Shown one piece after another: positions 17,969 through 27,525 of a stretch of DNA of 33,940 nt; position 1 is the stretch's first letter; each line of letters opens with the position of its first letter. Made by a program: the position numbers and the translations under genes. The notes below the pieces were generated by a model, which was not told the origin of the DNA, did not search any database, and was given only the letters and a program-made list of their open reading frames with translations. The stretch comes from Candidatus Heimdallarchaeota archaeon (GTDB lineage Archaea > Asgardarchaeota > Heimdallarchaeia > Heimdallarchaeales > Heimdallarchaeaceae), in assembly GCA_021399345.1 (NCBI GenBank), contig JAAFKI010000070.1, forward strand, positions 1-33,940, written 5' to 3'.

Positions 17969-20900
17969 ATGAAGAGAAAAAAGCCCCTTTATCTATTATT
18001 CATTATTATCTTATTTGTTTCATCAACAGTATCACTTAGTCAGCAATTGAGAGTGAATGCTCAAACAGGAATGGATGAAGATCTATTCTTACTCCTTAAC
18101 AGAACCGGAGATGAAATAGGTATAGAATCTAAATCAACTGTTGATACTTCAGGTAATTTTCATTTTCTCGCACGAATTTTATATGAAAATGGTACATTTA
18201 TGATAATTCACAAGGTAAATGGCGAAACCAACATTGTAATGATCGAAGAAAACTCTATTGAATATTTCGAGTTGTTTACCATAGATGGGGGGATTGAATT
18301 ATTTTACGCATTTCACACTTTCTTTGGTTATATGAAATTCCATAGATACAACTGGACAGAAACAGCAGGCCCAAATGATGGTGAATTTTATGCTTATAAT
18401 GCTAACATGAACTATCCTCGCATGAAGATCTATTATGAAGAAAATAATACTTTGTTCATGGTTTTAGCTTTCATTCAAAATTGGCCTCCAACATCGGAAA
18501 TTTCTACAACTAGATTTGAATTGTCGCGTTTTTACGAAAATGGAACACATGTTCTTGAGAAAGTTTGTGTTCTAGACTACGAATTTGACTATTTGGTTGA
18601 TTTTCATTATGTCAATGATACAATTTATAGTCTTTACAGATATACTCCTAGATTTTCCTACGTTCATTGGTATGGAACAATAGTTACGAAAGGGTACATC
18701 GATTCTTATGTGTCAAACAATATGACCATACTTGAAGGAGGGTTTGATCCAAAGTTTTATTTGACAAATGATGGGGATTTCAATCTAGCAATGGCAAGAG
18801 GCGACAAGATTTATCGTCTAAAATACTCTATAAACCAAACAATTGATTTTGCCGATTTCAATATTACAACCACAGGAGTTTATCCTTACAATAATTTTTA
18901 TGCTATTCAAGGAGAAAATAACTCAAAATATGTTATTAACTCAGAACCTCATGTTAGTACAGAGGAGTTTTTCTCTGGAGATAACCTGAAGTCTAAGGTA
19001 GCTATCATAACTGACGACTATACAAATTTCACAAAAGAAGAAATTTTCATTTATAATGTACCAGACAAAGATAATTATTATTCATTCTATGTTTATGAAA
19101 CAGAAGATGGAAAAAGAATATTTACACATACAACACTTCTAACGCAAGGAGATTTGCCAGGGCGCATCTTCTCAGAGGAGGAGATGATTGCATTCTATGT
19201 TTCCTCAGACTATGATATTGAAGAATTTAAAAAACTTGGTTTTCTTGGATTAGAGGAACTGAATAGATTCCAGATCTTTTTCAAGAATGTTGGCATTTAT
19301 TTAATAGTTGCTGGATCAGTTATAGTTCTTTTTGCTGCATTGCTTAGAAAGAGAGTGAAAATTAGTTTCATTCTAATTAAAAGATACTTGACTAGACCAA
19401 TATATGAGGATAAGAGCAAACTCCTTTTACCTTTTATCAATTTCTGGGTATTCATCTCTAATTTCTTCTCTTCGCTTTTTGATCTTTTTAAAACAAATAA
19501 GAGACGTCATCTAATGAATCTAATTAGCATGACTGTTTTAGCTTTAATCATATTAACAAGTACTGCACTATATAGTTCGAAGAGAGAAGTTTTGTTTGAT
19601 GAATATACAAATACTCTTAACATTCTAAATGATGGAAAAGCAAGTTTATCTCTTACTTACAATTATGATACTGGTAACCAATATGTAAGCATTCCAGCAG
19701 TACAACAATACGAAAAAATAGTTTTAAGTGAAATTTTCACTGGCTTTAAACTGGATCAGGAAGTATTTGCGAGTATTGTGAGTGGTTATGAATATACAAC
19801 TGCTTTCTATGGTATGATAGAGGATATGACGACCAGTACATCTTCTTTAAGAGGTATAACATATATAGCTTTATCAAATAATTACAGCAATTTCATTAAT
19901 GATAGCATTGTTGAGGGAAGATTACCTCAAGCACCTGGAGAAGTTTTATTAGAATACGATATCGCTACTGCTTCAAGTTTAAATGTTACAGTAAATGACA
20001 CAATTACTTTCTGGGGTTCGCAGCTAAATTATTACAACAGTTATCTTGGGGATACACATGTTAATCTAACGATAACCGGATTATTTGACGCTCCAACTCC
20101 AACTGAAATTGAAAATATATGGACAGATTATAATCTTCCATCAGATTCTTCTCAAGCTTTAGCTAGTATTTTTGGGGGTATGGTTTCATTTGGTGATAAC
20201 GCTTGGGCAAACTTAGAAGGATTAAATCCATATTACATGTTTGTAAATACTTACGTTCAATTCTACTATGATTTTAGTAACTTCAAACCAGAGATGTTAA
20301 CACAGTTAAAGGGGGATATTATAGAAATATCAGATGGGAACGCTCATTTCTTGAAATTCACTGGGGATATGAGAAATGGTTACTGGTACTTTAATACTGA
20401 ATTAAATAAAGTAATAGAAATTCTTGAACCAAGAATTCAGTCATCAATGTTATTGTTTTTCATGCTAGCTGTACCAATTCTTTATTTGGCAATATTTCTG
20501 ATATTTGAAACAAATGAATTGTATTCTAAAGGACTAGAACAAGAAGTAGAAATATTTCAAACGAAGGGATTGTCATCTAGAAGAATAGCCTTTAATTATA
20601 TGATTTTGAAGATTTTTGAAGCTATAACAGCATCATTTGTTGGGTTTGGTTTATCCTTTGCTTTAGTACCTCCATTACTTAAAGTTGATTCCTTCCTTAC
20701 ATTCAATCAGCAGAATCAAGTGCTAAATTTCAGTGGTTTGGGATGGGCCACGTTATTTACTGTAATAGCCTTAATAGTAGTCTCTATACCAAAGATTATA
20801 CAGGTTTCAACCAAGAAAACTACTTTCCAAAAAACTCCACAGCGACTTGTTACTCTATTAAAACAAATAAGAATTCCAACAATTCTACTAATTGGAGCTG

Positions 20901-22309
20901 GTATAGGTTTAACAATTCTTTTCTTCAGCTTGTACAAAGTAAATCTAAGAAATCTATCCTCTTCTGGAAATACATCATTTATAATGATAAATATCTATCT
21001 TGCAGGCTTAGGCGTACTATTAGCTCTATTAGGTATTGGATTGTTGCTCAAAGATTTGCATGGAATCATTATGATTGCAATAAGCAAAATTTCGTGGAAT
21101 CGGAGAAAAACTGTAGGATCATTTACATTAGTTGAAGTTCGTTCAGACATCAAACTATTTAGTAACATGTTCTTTGCTTTTCTGTTAATAGTAGGAATTA
21201 CTATTCCATCAATTATGAGTCCCTTAACTGTAGAATTCAATTATGATAAAGATGCATATTTGTACAATGGAGCAGATATATTCGTAAAGAATTGGATGGA
21301 TCAGAATCAATCTCTCTTGCAGGAGATTCAAGCTATACCAGAAGTAGAGAGTACTGCGTTTGTTCATGAAGTAGAAGCTAGTTATGATTTTGAACCGATA
21401 TCAGTTTATCTGATAGAGAATACAACGGAGTTTTTGAACACGGTTAATTCTCCACCAAGTAGGTTATTTGATAATTGGGAAGAGACAATAACAGCACTAG
21501 AAGCTAATGACACAATGCTTAGCACAAAATACTTCTTTGATGATAGAGCAGGTGAGAAACATGAATTCGAATTTGAGTCACTCTTTCCACCATTGAATTT
21601 TACATTCGAAATATATGACATATTCAATTATATACCAATCTTTTACACAGCTGGAGAATATATTCCAGGAGTAACAGTGAGAATTGCTGGAGTGGTAATG
21701 ACACAATATAATTTCGAAAGAATAAGGGAAACTTTCTACATATCAAGCGAGATAATCAAAGATAGGTTGCTCATTAAACTGTCAAAAGACGCAGATCATG
21801 AGCAGATAGGGCAATATCTAATTGAAGAACTGAACCTAAACATAGATTCAGCAATTACTGATAGTGATGATAGACAATTTGAAACATTTCCATTCTTCAA
21901 TATAGTTTCGGCAGAATTCGCTCTTTCAATGCTAGTATGTTTGATAGCTATAGCTTTCATAAGCATAAGCAATCCCATAAAGATTCTACAACAAAGAATA
22001 ACCAAAAATGATAGACTAAAGAAGATGGGAATATCTACAAAAAGAATTATACGCTTAACGATGTTCGAAGCGATGTTCACTGGGATTATACCAGGATTAT
22101 TATTAGGAACAGGAGTGGGATTCGCCATAATGTGGGGATTCACTTGGGCAACGAAGAGATTCTTCTATAGTGGAATAAATTATCTGTGGAAATTCAACGC
22201 ATTAGCATTCATTATAGCTTACATAGTAGCACCTGTACTTTTCATGGGGATATTTTATCTGTCGATGAAAAGAAATTATGCAAAATATATGCCAAGGAAT
22301 CTGGAGTAG
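17969..22309 (+). CDS. Giant MacB/FtsX-type (type VII) ABC permease with an extra N-terminal extracellular domain
   Basis: Signal peptide; about 400-aa beta-rich domain; TM; EGRLPQAPGEVLL; two FtsX-like modules (EVEIFQTKGLS; RLKKMGISTKRI..LTMFE); GADIFV; many N-x-S/T sequons. Confidence 0.88.
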   Translation: MKRKKPLYLLFIIILFVSSTVSLSQQLRVNAQTGMDEDLFLLLNRTGDEIGIESKSTVDTSGNFHFLARILYENGTFMIIHKVNGETNIVMIEENSIEYFELFTIDGGIELFYAFHTFFGYMKFHRYNWTETAGPNDGEFYAYNANMNYPRMKIYYEENNTLFMVLAFIQNWPPTSEISTTRFELSRFYENGTHVLEKVCVLDYEFDYLVDFHYVNDTIYSLYRYTPRFSYVHWYGTIVTKGYIDSYVSNNMTILEGGFDPKFYLTNDGDFNLAMARGDKIYRLKYSINQTIDFADFNITTTGVYPYNNFYAIQGENNSKYVINSEPHVSTEEFFSGDNLKSKVAIITDDYTNFTKEEIFIYNVPDKDNYYSFYVYETEDGKRIFTHTTLLTQGDLPGRIFSEEEMIAFYVSSDYDIEEFKKLGFLGLEELNRFQIFFKNVGIYLIVAGSVIVLFAALLRKRVKISFILIKRYLTRPIYEDKSKLLLPFINFWVFISNFFSSLFDLFKTNKRRHLMNLISMTVLALIILTSTALYSSKREVLFDEYTNTLNILNDGKASLSLTYNYDTGNQYVSIPAVQQYEKIVLSEIFTGFKLDQEVFASIVSGYEYTTAFYGMIEDMTTSTSSLRGITYIALSNNYSNFINDSIVEGRLPQAPGEVLLEYDIATASSLNVTVNDTITFWGSQLNYYNSYLGDTHVNLTITGLFDAPTPTEIENIWTDYNLPSDSSQALASIFGGMVSFGDNAWANLEGLNPYYMFVNTYVQFYYDFSNFKPEMLTQLKGDIIEISDGNAHFLKFTGDMRNGYWYFNTELNKVIEILEPRIQSSMLLFFMLAVPILYLAIFLIFETNELYSKGLEQEVEIFQTKGLSSRRIAFNYMILKIFEAITASFVGFGLSFALVPPLLKVDSFLTFNQQNQVLNFSGLGWATLFTVIALIVVSIPKIIQVSTKKTTFQKTPQRLVTLLKQIRIPTILLIGAGIGLTILFFSLYKVNLRNLSSSGNTSFIMINIYLAGLGVLLALLGIGLLLKDLHGIIMIAISKISWNRRKTVGSFTLVEVRSDIKLFSNMFFAFLLIVGITIPSIMSPLTVEFNYDKDAYLYNGADIFVKNWMDQNQSLLQEIQAIPEVESTAFVHEVEASYDFEPISVYLIENTTEFLNTVNSPPSRLFDNWEETITALEANDTMLSTKYFFDDRAGEKHEFEFESLFPPLNFTFEIYDIFNYIPIFYTAGEYIPGVTVRIAGVVMTQYNFERIRETFYISSEIIKDRLLIKLSKDADHEQIGQYLIEELNLNIDSAITDSDDRQFETFPFFNIVSAEFALSMLVCLIAIAFISISNPIKILQQRITKNDRLKKMGISTKRIIRLTMFEAMFTGIIPGLLLGTGVGFAIMWGFTWATKRFFYSGINYLWKFNALAFIIAYIVAPVLFMGIFYLSMKRNYAKYMPRNLE

Positions 22310-22317
22310 TGATAAAA

Positions 22318-24060
22318 ATGATAAGATGTGTAGACGTAATTAAAATTTACCACGATCCAGTAACAGAATACAAAGTATCTGCATTAAGAGGACTAGATTT
22401 AGATATAGGGGACGGAGAGCTTGTATCGATCATTGGTCCGTCTGGGGCGGGTAAGACCACTTTAATGAACATTCTGTCAGGGGTCGATACTCCAACTGGT
22501 GGATTGGTGATGATAAGAGGGGTACAACTGGATTTACTAACTGAAAAAGAAAGAAGAAAATTCAGATATGAAAACATAGGTCTTGTAAATCAATTTACAA
22601 GCAAGAATCTCTACTCACAACTAACAGTTAAAGATAATGTTCTAATGCCTATGAAAATGAAATATACTCCAAGAGAAATGGCTAGAAAAGAAATGGAAGA
22701 ATTACTAAAATTATTCAACCTATCACATGTGAAAAACAACAAAGCAGCAAAAATAAGTGGAGGGGAGTCGATGAGACTTTCCATAGCCATAGCTTTGGCA
22801 AGACAACCACATTTCATTCTCGCAGATGAACCTACTGGTCAATTAGATTCGAAAAACACTTTCAGTATAATTGACACTCTAAAAGGAGTAAATAAAGAAT
22901 TAGGCACAACTATGGTTATTGTCACTCATGACGTTAGATATCGAAATGTTTTCGAAAAGAGCTTCCTCATTCGTGATGGAAGACTTGTTGGCGTGGGTTA
23001 TGAAGCAGAAAGACAAAAGTTAGATATTTTTAAGGATGCTTCTGAATTGAACCGAGCCTACATTGATCCTTCTCATATGCTTCAAATTCCGGATAGAGTT
23101 AAGAATTCAATTGCTCTTCGAGAATTTGCTGAATTTGAGGTTCATCCTTCAAAGAAACTAGCAATGCTTTGGAATCCTGATCTAGTAACTAAAGAAGAAG
23201 TTTTCAATATCCTTCAGCAACCTCCAGAGGAATATAAGGAGACAGTAGATGAACTTTCGTTTGACGATGTTCGATATCTTTTCGAAAATGAATTCAAATA
23301 CAATCCAAAAGCTATGGACTATATTCGCATAAAGGGATTAGAAAAGGGTTATCGAGTTTTTGGTCAACTTCACCCAGTTATTAAAGGCATAGATCTTACC
23401 ATTAAGAAAGGTGACTTTCTTTTTATCTCTGGTCCATCTGGAGTAGGAAAAACCACCTTACTTAATACTATTGCAGGGCTTTTGATTCCTGACAAGGGGT
23501 CAGTTCGCATTGGCGACTATTCAATAGGAAAGGCAGATGATACATCCAGATCAGATTTTAGATTGGAGAACATAGCCTATATAACTCAATATCACAGTCT
23601 TTTTGAGCCAATTCAACTGAAAGATAATCTAATAGTTCCTTACATATTTCTTGACAAGGAATACAATCCAGATATCGGAAATGAAATAACTAAAAATGTT
23701 CATATCAGTCATAAATTAGAATCATATCCTGATGAATTATCAGCTGGTGAAAAACAGAGAGCAACTTTATCCTTGGCTCTTACTCGACAAACTCCAATTC
23801 TGCTTGCAGATGAACCTACAGCCAATATGGACTCTGATTTAGCAAGAGAGATTATGGATGTTTTAATGAATTTCGTGAAAGAGAACAACGCGACCTTCAT
23901 CATGTGCAGTCATGATTTATCTCTATTAAGACCTGGTTTCAGACATCTTCGTATTTCTGATGGTCTTATTACAAATGATTCTAGAATTACTCAAGACTCT
24001 TTGAAAGGGATACTCAAAGAATATCTGCAAATACAAGAAGATTATACTAATAAAAAATAA
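22318..24060 (+). CDS. LolD/MacB-family ABC ATPase with two NBDs separated by an AbrB/MraZ-like segment
   Basis: NBD1: GPSGAGKT, ISGGE, ILADEPT, VTHD. NBD2: GPSGVGKT, LSAGE, LLADEPT, CSHD. ATG 22318 is 8 nt after the permease stop. Confidence 0.9.
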   Translation: MIRCVDVIKIYHDPVTEYKVSALRGLDLDIGDGELVSIIGPSGAGKTTLMNILSGVDTPTGGLVMIRGVQLDLLTEKERRKFRYENIGLVNQFTSKNLYSQLTVKDNVLMPMKMKYTPREMARKEMEELLKLFNLSHVKNNKAAKISGGESMRLSIAIALARQPHFILADEPTGQLDSKNTFSIIDTLKGVNKELGTTMVIVTHDVRYRNVFEKSFLIRDGRLVGVGYEAERQKLDIFKDASELNRAYIDPSHMLQIPDRVKNSIALREFAEFEVHPSKKLAMLWNPDLVTKEEVFNILQQPPEEYKETVDELSFDDVRYLFENEFKYNPKAMDYIRIKGLEKGYRVFGQLHPVIKGIDLTIKKGDFLFISGPSGVGKTTLLNTIAGLLIPDKGSVRIGDYSIGKADDTSRSDFRLENIAYITQYHSLFEPIQLKDNLIVPYIFLDKEYNPDIGNEITKNVHISHKLESYPDELSAGEKQRATLSLALTRQTPILLADEPTANMDSDLAREIMDVLMNFVKENNATFIMCSHDLSLLRPGFRHLRISDGLITNDSRITQDSLKGILKEYLQIQEDYTNKK

Positions 24061-24140
24061 TCATCTTCTTCCTTTTTTTAAAATTAATCGTATTTAGGAA
24101 AAGTTAAAATTACTTAGATAGATTTTCTTTTGTAATCACT

Positions 24141-25685
24141 ATGAAACACTATCTCGAAGTACAATTTACATTAAGTGGTCCCTTACCTTCTGAAAGTAAG
24201 GGTGAAATTGAAGAACTTTTCAAACGATTCAGTGAAAAAACCCAAGAATCAAGAGATAAAGGGGAATTCAAGATAACTTCATGGAAAACTAAGGAAACTA
24301 AACTTGATATAATAATTACATCTGTTGATTCACTTTCTCCACATGTGGCAGTACTCAGATTAAGGAAACAGCTCTCTGCTGCGATAGGTAAAAAATACCG
24401 CGTAGGACTAAGAGGTTTTGCCTTTATCAAATATATCATTGAAACAGAATTGGAAGAAAAACCTGTTAAAGAGTTCACTTTACCATTAGTAAAAAATCTA
24501 GAGTTCTTTGAAGAAGAAGGAAAGAGTTTTGTTAAAATCGAAATTGATCCAGAAATCGAGGAAGACTTTGTAGAAAAAGGAGCAATTGAACGTATTGTGC
24601 GTCGAGTAGGTGAAAAAATTTCCAAACAACATTATGGAGCTAAGAAAGAACATCATCAAATTTCCTGGTATAGTGGGGAAAAGAAACATCATACTGAAGA
24701 AAATCCTACTCAGCTTATGCAAAACGCAAATTGGATTCAACGAACAAATTACAGAAACCAGTGGATACTGACTCCTACTATAACCGCTTTAGCTGAAGCA
24801 TTAAAACAAATAATGATAGATTATATTTATGAACCTCTAGGGTTCGATCAAATGATGATACCAAAACTGGTAGATTGGTCAATTTGGTTGAGATCTGAGC
24901 ATGCTGAAGGAATTTATCAAGGGGGTTTTGAACCCTATTTCGTAGTTCAACCAAAGTCTGCTGACCCCGAATACTTTGAAGAGATTGCGGATTATATAAC
25001 AATAACAAAAACTATCCCTACAGAGAAACTAGCTGAGAAAGTTTCTGCGCCCATTGGAGGATTATCTTACGCCCAGTGCCCCCCATTTTGGTCATTTTTA
25101 CAAGGTAAAACCATAGCAAAAAAAAGCCTTCCAATTAAAATATTTGACTGGAGTGGCCCCACCTATCGCTATGAGTCAGGTAGTGCTTACGGATTTGAAA
25201 GAGTTGATGAATTACACCGTATTGAAACATTATTCATAGGTTCTCCTGAACAAGCTAAAGAAATAGGAATACAAGTCAAAGACAAACTTAGGGTTATCTT
25301 TGAAGAAGTTCTTGATTTAGAGGTTAGAGAAGCCAAAGTTACTCCCTGGTGGTTACAACAATCTGCTCATGAGGATGAAATGGATACTGCTGAAGATCTA
25401 GTTGTCGGAACTATAGATTACGAAGCTTATATGCCCTATAGAGGTACTCGAGAGAAGAGTGAATGGTTAGAAATTCAGAATATTTCTATAATTGGTCAGA
25501 AATATCCAAAAGGTTTCTCTGTTAAAGCTGAAGGAAATATTGAATTGTGGTCTGGATGTGGTGGTGGTAGTTTCGAGAGATTTCTTACAGCTTTTATTTC
25601 TCAGAAAGGTTTGGACATGAATAATTGGCCTGAGAAATTTAAGAAATATATTGATAAACTTCCAGAACCAGTAAAATTCCATTAA
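24141..25685 (+). CDS. serS: Serine--tRNA ligase, methanogen (zinc-dependent) type
   Basis: N-domain HVAVLRLRK.L...IGKKYRVGLRG; YAQCPPFW; SGPTYRYESG..GFERVDELHRIE; WLEIQN; WSGCGG.SFER. Confidence 0.93.
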   Translation: MKHYLEVQFTLSGPLPSESKGEIEELFKRFSEKTQESRDKGEFKITSWKTKETKLDIIITSVDSLSPHVAVLRLRKQLSAAIGKKYRVGLRGFAFIKYIIETELEEKPVKEFTLPLVKNLEFFEEEGKSFVKIEIDPEIEEDFVEKGAIERIVRRVGEKISKQHYGAKKEHHQISWYSGEKKHHTEENPTQLMQNANWIQRTNYRNQWILTPTITALAEALKQIMIDYIYEPLGFDQMMIPKLVDWSIWLRSEHAEGIYQGGFEPYFVVQPKSADPEYFEEIADYITITKTIPTEKLAEKVSAPIGGLSYAQCPPFWSFLQGKTIAKKSLPIKIFDWSGPTYRYESGSAYGFERVDELHRIETLFIGSPEQAKEIGIQVKDKLRVIFEEVLDLEVREAKVTPWWLQQSAHEDEMDTAEDLVVGTIDYEAYMPYRGTREKSEWLEIQNISIIGQKYPKGFSVKAEGNIELWSGCGGGSFERFLTAFISQKGLDMNNWPEKFKKYIDKLPEPVKFH

Positions 25686-25737
25686 AACCTAATCCTCTGC
25701 AAAAGAGATATTAATATGATAGAGGTAATTAGCTTTA

Positions 25738-26274
25738 ATGAAAAAAGGAAATCTTTTGCTCCTTGTTCTTCTTTTTCTTTTACCAATAATCACTACTTCA
25801 AATAATTCTTGTAAATTACTTTCTAATTCTATAGATGATCAGTTGCCAGAAACTATAATTGAAATAACCCAAATAATAACCTACCCAGAAGTTGTTTATG
25901 TTGGTCAATTGGTTTTTGTGAATTGTACAGTTGAAAATAATGGGCAGTTTCAAACTGCAGAGATAGTGAATGTGAAAATTAACCCAACAGTTAGTCTGAC
26001 AGGACAAGAGCTTTATTTGGAGGGATCTATTGAACCAGGAAAATATAAAACTGCTAGTTTCAATTTAACTGCAATTAGCGCAGGAGTGGGGAACATTACG
26101 ATTATTGTATCAACAGAAAATGCTCAAACTATTAGCAAGTCTGTTTTAATCGAGATTCAGGAAGAAAACATAAGTACAACAAATTATGCTTTTCATGCAG
26201 CTTTACTAGTTCTTCCCTTAGCCATATTCGTAATCTCAAAACAAGCTAAACAAAGGAAAAGAAAAAAAGGTTAG
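25738..26274 (+). CDS. CARDB/Ig-like surface protein with a C-terminal TM and basic tail
   Basis: Signal peptide; P..VYVGQ..V..TVENNG, IEPG...F.L...SAG; C-terminal TM then KQRKRKKG. Confidence 0.8.
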   Translation: MKKGNLLLLVLLFLLPIITTSNNSCKLLSNSIDDQLPETIIEITQIITYPEVVYVGQLVFVNCTVENNGQFQTAEIVNVKINPTVSLTGQELYLEGSIEPGKYKTASFNLTAISAGVGNITIIVSTENAQTISKSVLIEIQEENISTTNYAFHAALLVLPLAIFVISKQAKQRKRKKG

Positions 26275-26395
26275 TATTTATAGGATTTCTCATCAGATAT
26301 TGAATTGATCTTATGTTCTTCTCCATTTTACTTTTTGTTAATAAATCTGTTAAGATTTAGATAACTTTAAATTTAGACACTTTCCCTAAAAAACA

Positions 26396-27418
26396 ATGAT
26401 AGACTTACGTTCTGATACCTTTACACTTCCTTCAAAGGAGATGTTGGAAACTATTCTAACTGCTGAACTTGGAGATGATGTTTGGGAGGAAGATCCAACT
26501 GTAAAAGAGCTTGAAGCTTTAACCGCTAAGATACTTGGTAAGGAAGCGGGTCTATTAGTTTCTAGTGGTACTCAAGGAAATTTAGTAGCAAATATGACAC
26601 ATCTTAATCGTGGGGATGGTGTTGTTCTTGAAAAAGAGAGTCACATCTACTTATACGAAGTAGGAGGGCTTTCACAACTAATTGGAGGATTTCCTTTTCT
26701 AATTGAAGGAAATAATGGTTTAATGGATCCTAAGGATGTTGAAGCGATTTTTACACGAGGTTATAATGTCCATTGGGTAGATCCGAAACTTCTCTGTTTA
26801 GAAAATACTCACAACAGAGGAGGAGGAAAAATTATTCCTAAAGAAAATATTGACCAGTTAGCCAAAATTGCTCATGAAAATAACGGTTTAGTTCATATGG
26901 ATGGAGCAAGAGTATTCAATGCAGCTGTTGCTACAGGAATGGCAGCTTCTAAGATTGTTGAGAACGCTGATAGTGTCCAAATATGTTTAAGTAAAGGACT
27001 TGGCTGTCCTATAGGGTCTGTAATAGCTGGAAATGAAGAATTTATTAATAAAGCCAGAAGACAGAGAAAACTTGTTGGCGGGGGAATGCGACAAGCTGGT
27101 ATTATAGCCGCTCCTGGAATCTACGCATTAAACAACATGATAGACAGATTAGCTGAAGATCATAAACATGCAAAGATGCTTGAAAAGGTTCTTACAGAAA
27201 TTGAGGAATTGAAAGTTAAGCCAGTTGACACAAATATTGCTGTTATTGATACTTCTGCTAGTAGATGGTCTGCTGCTGATGCTCGAGATGGTTTGGAAAA
27301 ACATGGCATTAAAGTAACTTATATGGGAGATCAGTTCTTCCGAATGGTAACCTACTTTGGTATAACTACAGAAGATATTGAGCAAGTTGTTTCAGTAATT
27401 CCAGAGGTCTTTAAGTAG
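26396..27418 (+). CDS. ltaE: Low-specificity L-threonine aldolase (PLP)
   Basis: MIDLRSDT, SGTQGN, LENTHN, HMDGAR, CLSKGLG (PLP Lys), GGGMRQAG. Confidence 0.95.
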   Translation: MIDLRSDTFTLPSKEMLETILTAELGDDVWEEDPTVKELEALTAKILGKEAGLLVSSGTQGNLVANMTHLNRGDGVVLEKESHIYLYEVGGLSQLIGGFPFLIEGNNGLMDPKDVEAIFTRGYNVHWVDPKLLCLENTHNRGGGKIIPKENIDQLAKIAHENNGLVHMDGARVFNAAVATGMAASKIVENADSVQICLSKGLGCPIGSVIAGNEEFINKARRQRKLVGGGMRQAGIIAAPGIYALNNMIDRLAEDHKHAKMLEKVLTEIEELKVKPVDTNIAVIDTSASRWSAADARDGLEKHGIKVTYMGDQFFRMVTYFGITTEDIEQVVSVIPEVFK

Positions 27419-27525
27419 AGAATCTCTATCTTCAAACAATTTTCTCTTACACTCTCAAGCTACATATATATCCGGATATTTTGAGGAGTAACATATACTT
27501 TTTATATCATATTTTTGGTGTTCAC

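Noticed and set aside
22186-22317. 44-aa N-terminal extension of the ABC ATPase in the ORF track
   Set aside because: It overlaps the permease 3' end; the NBD starts naturally at ATG 22318.
8531-25682. Many short overlapping ORFs (e.g. 8531-8941, 16235-16597, 20743-21135, 24149-24625)
   Set aside because: They lie within well-supported genes, antisense or in another frame, and show no motifs.
15843-27418. Ser/Gly/Thr metabolic cluster (hydroxyacid dehydrogenase, serS, ltaE)
   Set aside because: The genes are separated by unrelated ones and have their own promoter-like sequences; the dehydrogenase cannot be assigned as SerA.
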